Origin: a virus
Taxonomy: Duplodnaviria; Caudoviricetes
Virus record (IMG/VR): IMGVR_UViG_3300032225_000555
Span: 1 to 39,990 of that record
Length of the DNA: 39,990 bases
Direction: 5' to 3' (one strand)
Below are positions 35,606-39,990 of this stretch, in pieces. The notes under the pieces were generated by a model. It saw only the letters and a list, made by a program, of their open reading frames with translations. It was not told the origin of the DNA and did no database searches. The translations under genes and the position numbers were made by a program. Within the stretch, counting starts at the first letter, position 1; each line of letters opens with the position of its first letter.

Positions 35606-37935
35606 TAGACACTCACAATCGGAAGGTTAAACTTTATGTTGTTGACGACAGCCTGAGAGATGTCTTGAGCCGAGGCGTTTGTCGAAACGTTGACATTGGT
35701 CGTAATGGCAGTACCCGGAGCGACAACTGGAGCGACCGGGGTAGTTCCATACGAGGCAGATCCGTAAGGCAAATCGGCGTTGGCTTGAATAAGTCTTTGA
35801 CCGGTCAATCCACCTAGAGCGATGTCGTGAATCTTGTCGTCGACGTTATCCACAGTAGTCGCAAGTCCAGCGTTGATGATCTTGAAAGCGTCCGTCAACG
35901 TCTTTGCCGAAGTTCCCATCGCATCGTTTAGAGCCGTCAGCGACTTAGCAATAGCCGTATTACGAGTAGTGGTCAACTTGGCAACAGCGTCCTCGAACTT
36001 GACTTGAAGATCCTCAGCCGATTTAGCGTAAGCGTTGTTCTCTGCTCCAAGAGCCGAAGCGAGCTCCGTTTGAGCCGTGACGTAAGCGGTCTTCAACTCG
36101 TCTGTTGCTAACCCGGACGTATTGTAAATCTGTTTCGCAAGCGTATCGACACCTGTGTTTTGGAGAGTTCCAAGATCCTTGAATAGACCTTGAACCTCGG
36201 AGGCTTGTTCTGGAGTCGCTTGAAGGAGTTGCTTAGTCAACTCGCCAGCAATCATCGGTCCTTGAGAAATAATCTGCTCGACGAAAGTCTGCGAGTAGCC
36301 CATCGCCGTCAACTTAGCGGCATCCTCGGCTAGTTTTTTACCAGAGGTCAACTTGTCTTTCAAGATCTCGACGAAGTTACTGATGTTGGCTCCAGCGTTG
36401 ATGAACATTTGACCTGCGTCAAAGTTAGTGACTGAGGCAAACGCTGAACGTAATCTATCTTGAGATTGTTTTACGATGTCGGCAAGTTTGCTAGCTCCGT
36501 CCTTTTGGATTTGAGCAATCTTGTCTGCGTGTTCTTGGTCGAGTTGAGCAAGAGCATCGTTACGTTCTTTAAGAGCGGCCTTGATACCTTGAGTGTATTT
36601 CTTCGTAGCGTCCAGCATCGTGTTTAGAAACTTCTGTTGAGCCGTTGCCTCTTTAGCGGCTCTCTTCTCTGCCTCGGTCTGACCTTTTTTACCAGATCCG
36701 CCAGCACCTCCTCCTCCTCCTTTTCCAGATAAGTCGATAGCATCGAAACCAGTCAAGTTGAGAGCGTCAACTTTAGCGACAGCCGCGTCATCGACCTTCG
36801 GAGAAATCATTGGCTCAATTTTGATACCCAAGAGAGAGGCGAGTCCACTGATGATTGGCTTGATTACGTTCTCCCAAATCGGACCGAGAACCTTCATCAA
36901 GTTTTGAAACGCTCCAACTAGATTGTCGGCAATCCAGTTCACGACTGGCTCAAGTATGTCGACCAGAGCAGACCAAGCCGGGATTAGATAGTTGGTCAAG
37001 TAGTCGACCAACATCAAAATAATCGGCATAAGAATCTTGTTGATGATTTTGATTAGAGGAGGCAGAACCTTATCTACAATCTTCAAAATCAACGTCATCA
37101 AACCATCGAACGCTGGCATTAACGCCGTCATCAGTTGCTCGACTATCGGCATAATCGCCACGACGAGCTTGTCGAATAGTTTCGCAACCATGTTGATAAA
37201 CGGCATCAACCCGAGCAGGATTTTACCGAACGAAGTTAGAATCGGGAGCAACGCTCGACCGAGAGTTTCTTTCAACCTATCCATCATCACGCTCAACTTG
37301 GCGTAAGGATTAGCGTCAGCCGCCGTCTTAGCGGCTCCCTTGAACTGCTTGGCAAGATCCCCCATCGCATCTTTAGAGTTCTTGATACCCGGAACCAATC
37401 GAGCCAGAGCCGTTCCCTGCCCTGAATATGCCTTGGCTAGAGCCTTGCTCACTTCCCCAACGTCTTTACCGGTTCCAGCCGAAACGTCCATAGCAAGTTT
37501 CTGGAGCTCCATCGCCTTAGTCGTATCGCCAGTCACTCGAACAAGACCAGCGAAAGCCGGACGAATCTTATCGTCAGCGACTCCGGACATCTCTTCTAAT
37601 GCTCCGATTTGTTTTTCGACCTGAGCGACTTGCTCTTTGCTTGCTCCAGTCGTCACCTCAAGTTGTCGAGCCAACAAAGCCATTGACTGATTATCTTCGA
37701 CGGCGGCTTTAGCAGAATCGTTTAGAAACGATACGACGGCGGCAGCTCCGAGCAACTTACCCATCGCTCCAGCAAGACCTTTGAAGGATCCGCTTAGTTT
37801 ACCAACCTTGCCAGACTGAGCCTCGATGTTGTGACCCATCTTCTCAACCTGACCAGTGACAGCCGACATCTGTTGTTGAAGACGAGCCGTTTCAAGTTGG
37901 AGGGAGATAACGATTGGATCTAGTTTCTCTGCCAC
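35605..37935 (-). CDS. Tape measure protein
   Basis: 776 aa Ala/Leu-rich helical with amphipathic repeats. Confidence 0.9.
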   Translation of the reverse strand: MAEKLDPIVISLQLETARLQQQMSAVTGQVEKMGHNIEAQSGKVGKLSGSFKGLAGAMGKLLGAAAVVSFLNDSAKAAVEDNQSMALLARQLEVTTGASKEQVAQVEKQIGALEEMSGVADDKIRPAFAGLVRVTGDTTKAMELQKLAMDVSAGTGKDVGEVSKALAKAYSGQGTALARLVPGIKNSKDAMGDLAKQFKGAAKTAADANPYAKLSVMMDRLKETLGRALLPILTSFGKILLGLMPFINMVAKLFDKLVVAIMPIVEQLMTALMPAFDGLMTLILKIVDKVLPPLIKIINKILMPIILMLVDYLTNYLIPAWSALVDILEPVVNWIADNLVGAFQNLMKVLGPIWENVIKPIISGLASLLGIKIEPMISPKVDDAAVAKVDALNLTGFDAIDLSGKGGGGGAGGSGKKGQTEAEKRAAKEATAQQKFLNTMLDATKKYTQGIKAALKERNDALAQLDQEHADKIAQIQKDGASKLADIVKQSQDRLRSAFASVTNFDAGQMFINAGANISNFVEILKDKLTSGKKLAEDAAKLTAMGYSQTFVEQIISQGPMIAGELTKQLLQATPEQASEVQGLFKDLGTLQNTGVDTLAKQIYNTSGLATDELKTAYVTAQTELASALGAENNAYAKSAEDLQVKFEDAVAKLTTTRNTAIAKSLTALNDAMGTSAKTLTDAFKIINAGLATTVDNVDDKIHDIALGGLTGQRLIQANADLPYGSASYGTTPVAPVVAPGTAITTNVNVSTNASAQDISQAVVNNIKFNLPIVSV

Positions 37936-37938
37936 GAC

Positions 37939-38364
37939 TTACCTCCATCTCTTAGCGAAAGCGTTTGTAAAGATTTCGTTGGCTCGTTTAGAAATCTTCT
38001 TACCTGCTGGTATTAGATACGGATAGTTTACACCCGGTCCCCACTTTGGAAGACCGAGCTCGACGGCTCGAGAGTAGACCATCGTAGGAAATACGTCTGC
38101 TTCGTAAGTTCCGAAACCTTTACGAACCTCAGTATGAATCGAACGTTGAAGAGCTCCAGTAACTCGAGCAGGTCCAGAACCCGGAACGGCAGAGGTCTTG
38201 ACTCCTCGAGCGTGAGTACCACCTTGAGCGGCGTTTAGTTTCGCCTCACGCTCAACGGCTAGAGCAACTTGACCGAGAGCATAGAAACCTGCTTGCTCGG
38301 CTTTAGTGGCGTCGATAGTTAGAGCTCGAATAACTTGGTCGAGTCCCTTTACGTCTATCTTCAC
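37939..38364 (-). CDS. HK97 gp10-like tail completion protein
   Basis: PARVTGALQRSI, YSRAVELG, YPYLIPA; GTG start at 38364 coupled to the upstream TGA. Confidence 0.75.
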   Translation of the reverse strand: MKIDVKGLDQVIRALTIDATKAEQAGFYALGQVALAVEREAKLNAAQGGTHARGVKTSAVPGSGPARVTGALQRSIHTEVRKGFGTYEADVFPTMVYSRAVELGLPKWGPGVNYPYLIPAGKKISKRANEIFTNAFAKRWR

Positions 38365-38920
38365 GAACCTTGCTCCATACGTTCTGCTTTCACTTCCTCG
38401 ACAACTCCAGCAATCGCAATCAACCAATCCAAGAGTTCGGCAGGTTGCTCGTCCACTTCCAGAGGAGTCCACCCGAATCGATCCGCAAATAGAAAGTATC
38501 TGTATTCACGATCCGGATAAGTGAGGTCATCGTTGCGTTCGTTGCCCCGGAGCAACCACTTTAGTCGCTGGAGCTTGCGATACGGACTAAAGGGTCGAGT
38601 TCCGCCTCAATGTCGTTAGCAAGTTTCGGGAAGAGGATTGGCATAGCGGCCTCAGCCTCTTCTTGAAGAGCGTCGTAATCGTTGATAGACAGTTCGCCTA
38701 GAGAGTCAATCTTTACGCTAGGAGGTAACAAGTCGAAGTCCCACTCGGTTACGAGTACAGCGATTAGAGTGTCAATCATACTTACGCCTCGCTCGAGTTG
38801 CGACTTGGACTCATCTCCGTTGCTCGCATAAATACGAACCCGGTCCTTCTGCTTTAGTTCTTTAGGATCCTTGAGAGTGACTTTAGAGCCTGATGGAAGG
38901 GTAATAACTTTTGATGCCAT
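38361..38920 (-). CDS. Tail assembly chaperone, -1 frameshift-extended (G-T type) form
   Basis: C CCT TTA slippery heptamer at 38588-38594 shifts into the frame of ORF 38361-38555 (FGWTPLEVD motif). Confidence 0.7.
38561..38920 (-). CDS. Tail assembly chaperone
   Basis: 119 aa directly after the tail tube gene. Confidence 0.8.
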   Translation of the reverse strand: MASKVITLPSGSKVTLKDPKELKQKDRVRIYASNGDESKSQLERGVSMIDTLIAVLVTEWDFDLLPPSVKIDSLGELSINDYDALQEEAEAAMPILFPKLANDIEAELDPLVRIASSSD

Positions 38921-38942
38921 TTTGTTTAGCCTTTCGGATTAG

Positions 38943-38996
38943 GTGACGAGATTGGTTGAGCAAAGGCTAAACGAATTGTTCAACCAACCTCGCCAC
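38943..38996 (-). other. 21-bp imperfect hairpin with loop antisense to the AGGCUAAAC start motif
   Basis: Arms 38943-38963 and 38976-38996; minus-strand loop UUCGUUUAGCCU. Confidence 0.65.
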
Positions 38997-39002
38997 GATT
39001 TG

Positions 39003-39989
39003 TTACTGGTAAGTACCTGACGCAACTGCGTTCTGAACAACGAACTTGATTGGAGAGTATCCAGAGGTCGTTCCAGCGTCTGTTGTGTTACCGATACCAG
39101 TAAGGTCTACTTTGATTTGAACGAAGTCTGAACCTCGGTCGATTACGGCAGTTGTGTAAGCTCCCTTAGTTAGAGTGGCTTGAATCTGAGTCACAGCCGC
39201 TCCAGTTCCCTGCTGGAAGTTGATTACGATTGCTGGTTGAGTGTTGGTCAAGTAGCGAGTTAGTTCAGCGTTAGTTTCCATAACGAACGTAAACGAACCT
39301 GTCGCCTCTAACGCACCCGGGAAGATTTGGTAAGGGTTCTGAGTGTTGCTTAGAGCGTAGATTGGAGTTGTTGAGCGGCTCAATTTTAGAGATCCGTCGA
39401 CCGAGTATGCGACAGTCGAGCCAGCGATGCTGACTGTTCCAATCCAAGCCGGGTTCGGCAGAATAGTAGTGAAACTCGGAGTCGGAGTTGAGGCTGAGGC
39501 AGATAACCAACCAGTCGCCTTAGCGTCATACTCGAGCATTCCGTCAGCCGAGAAGTTTAGGTTGAAGTCGCTAATGATACAGCCAGCGTAAGCTCGCACA
39601 TCAGCCGAATAGAAATCGGTAATAGTGAAAGACGTTGGAATCGTATCGGCGTTAGTGGTCGAGGCGTTCTTTAGAGAGATTGTGTGAGTAAACGGAGCAG
39701 ACGCACCAGTTGTCGCAACCGATCCGAGCAGACCAGCAATCGCCCAAGGAACAGTATCAGGGAACACCGGTCCACCGAAGTCGACTGTTGAACGAGTACG
39801 ACCCGGAAGGTAGTTGTAAGTCTTCGCAAGAGAGCCTCGAAGAGCTTGGTCGTATAGCGGGTCGATAACGTCGACCGGCTTGAACTTAGATTGAGCAATC
39901 GGAATAAACGCCGTTGGAGCAACAGCAGTTCCGTCCGTTACCTCTTTCGCAATACCTAGATAGGATCTTACGGATGCTTGTACTGCCAT
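39003..39989 (-). CDS. Major tail tube protein
   Basis: 328 aa, SYLGIAKE N-terminal motif, precedes the chaperone and tape measure genes. Confidence 0.88.
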   Translation of the reverse strand: MAVQASVRSYLGIAKEVTDGTAVAPTAFIPIAQSKFKPVDVIDPLYDQALRGSLAKTYNYLPGRTRSTVDFGGPVFPDTVPWAIAGLLGSVATTGASAPFTHTISLKNASTTNADTIPTSFTITDFYSADVRAYAGCIISDFNLNFSADGMLEYDAKATGWLSASASTPTPSFTTILPNPAWIGTVSIAGSTVAYSVDGSLKLSRSTTPIYALSNTQNPYQIFPGALEATGSFTFVMETNAELTRYLTNTQPAIVINFQQGTGAAVTQIQATLTKGAYTTAVIDRGSDFVQIKVDLTGIGNTTDAGTTSGYSPIKFVVQNAVASGTYQ

Positions 39990-39990
39990 G
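39868..39990. repeat. Terminal direct repeat copy 2
   Basis: Identical to 1-123. Confidence 0.95.

Larger units (their letters stand above)
1..39990 (-). mobile_element. Complete tailed phage genome (siphovirus-like, probable actinobacterial host), circularly permuted contig
   Basis: Terminase, portal, protease, capsid, tail tube, tape measure, lysis and WhiB genes present; the ends overlap by 123 bp inside the major tail gene start. Confidence 0.95.

Noticed and set aside
111-38524. All plus-strand ORFs in the track (e.g. 3847-4278, 4354-4836, 15676-16038, 29551-30012)
   Set aside because: They are antisense shadows of well-supported minus-strand genes or overlap promoter elements, with no recognisable motifs
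39868-39990. 123-bp terminal repeat as a biological DTR or att site
   Set aside because: It falls inside the start of the major tail gene and is best explained as assembler overlap of a circular contig
1-39990. tRNA genes, integrase or repressor
   Set aside because: None recognisable by eye; tRNAscan and HMM searches would be needed to exclude them formally

Overview
This window appears to be a complete, circularly assembled ~39.87 kb siphovirus-type phage genome; bases 1-123 are repeated at 39868-39990. The host is probably an actinobacterium (WhiB, an SsbB-like OB fold, actinophage-type tail and phosphoesterase genes). Essentially all genes lie on the minus strand. I find no integrase, DNA polymerase, primase, helicase, thymidylate-synthase-like gene or recognisable replication initiator. 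In transcription order the genome has: two early promoter/leader units with the same architecture (~29.6 kb and ~22.6 kb); small early genes; Bet; phosphoesterase; amidoligase plus LMW phosphatase; Cas4-like nuclease; NlpC/P60; RusA; WhiB; three DNA methyltransferase loci (one split over overlapping frames); and SSB. Next comes a translationally coupled DNA-hypermodification operon (ParB-like, TET/JBP dioxygenase, amino-acid:DNA transferase, FAD glycine-oxidase-like enzyme, 5hmU-DNA-kinase-like P-loop protein) that runs straight into terminase, portal, head and tail genes, with the lysis cassette embedded in the tail module. Three observations stand out: (1) an apparently fully post-replicative base-hypermodification pathway in which a TET/JBP enzyme replaces the usual dUMP hydroxymethylase; (2) intergenic hairpins whose loops are exact antisense matches to two different motifs repeated at the translation starts of sets of phage genes, suggesting an RNA-based regulatory circuit; (3) a 12-bp-periodic DnaA-box array in the only long non-coding region. 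All functional calls come from motif recognition by eye; no database searches were run.
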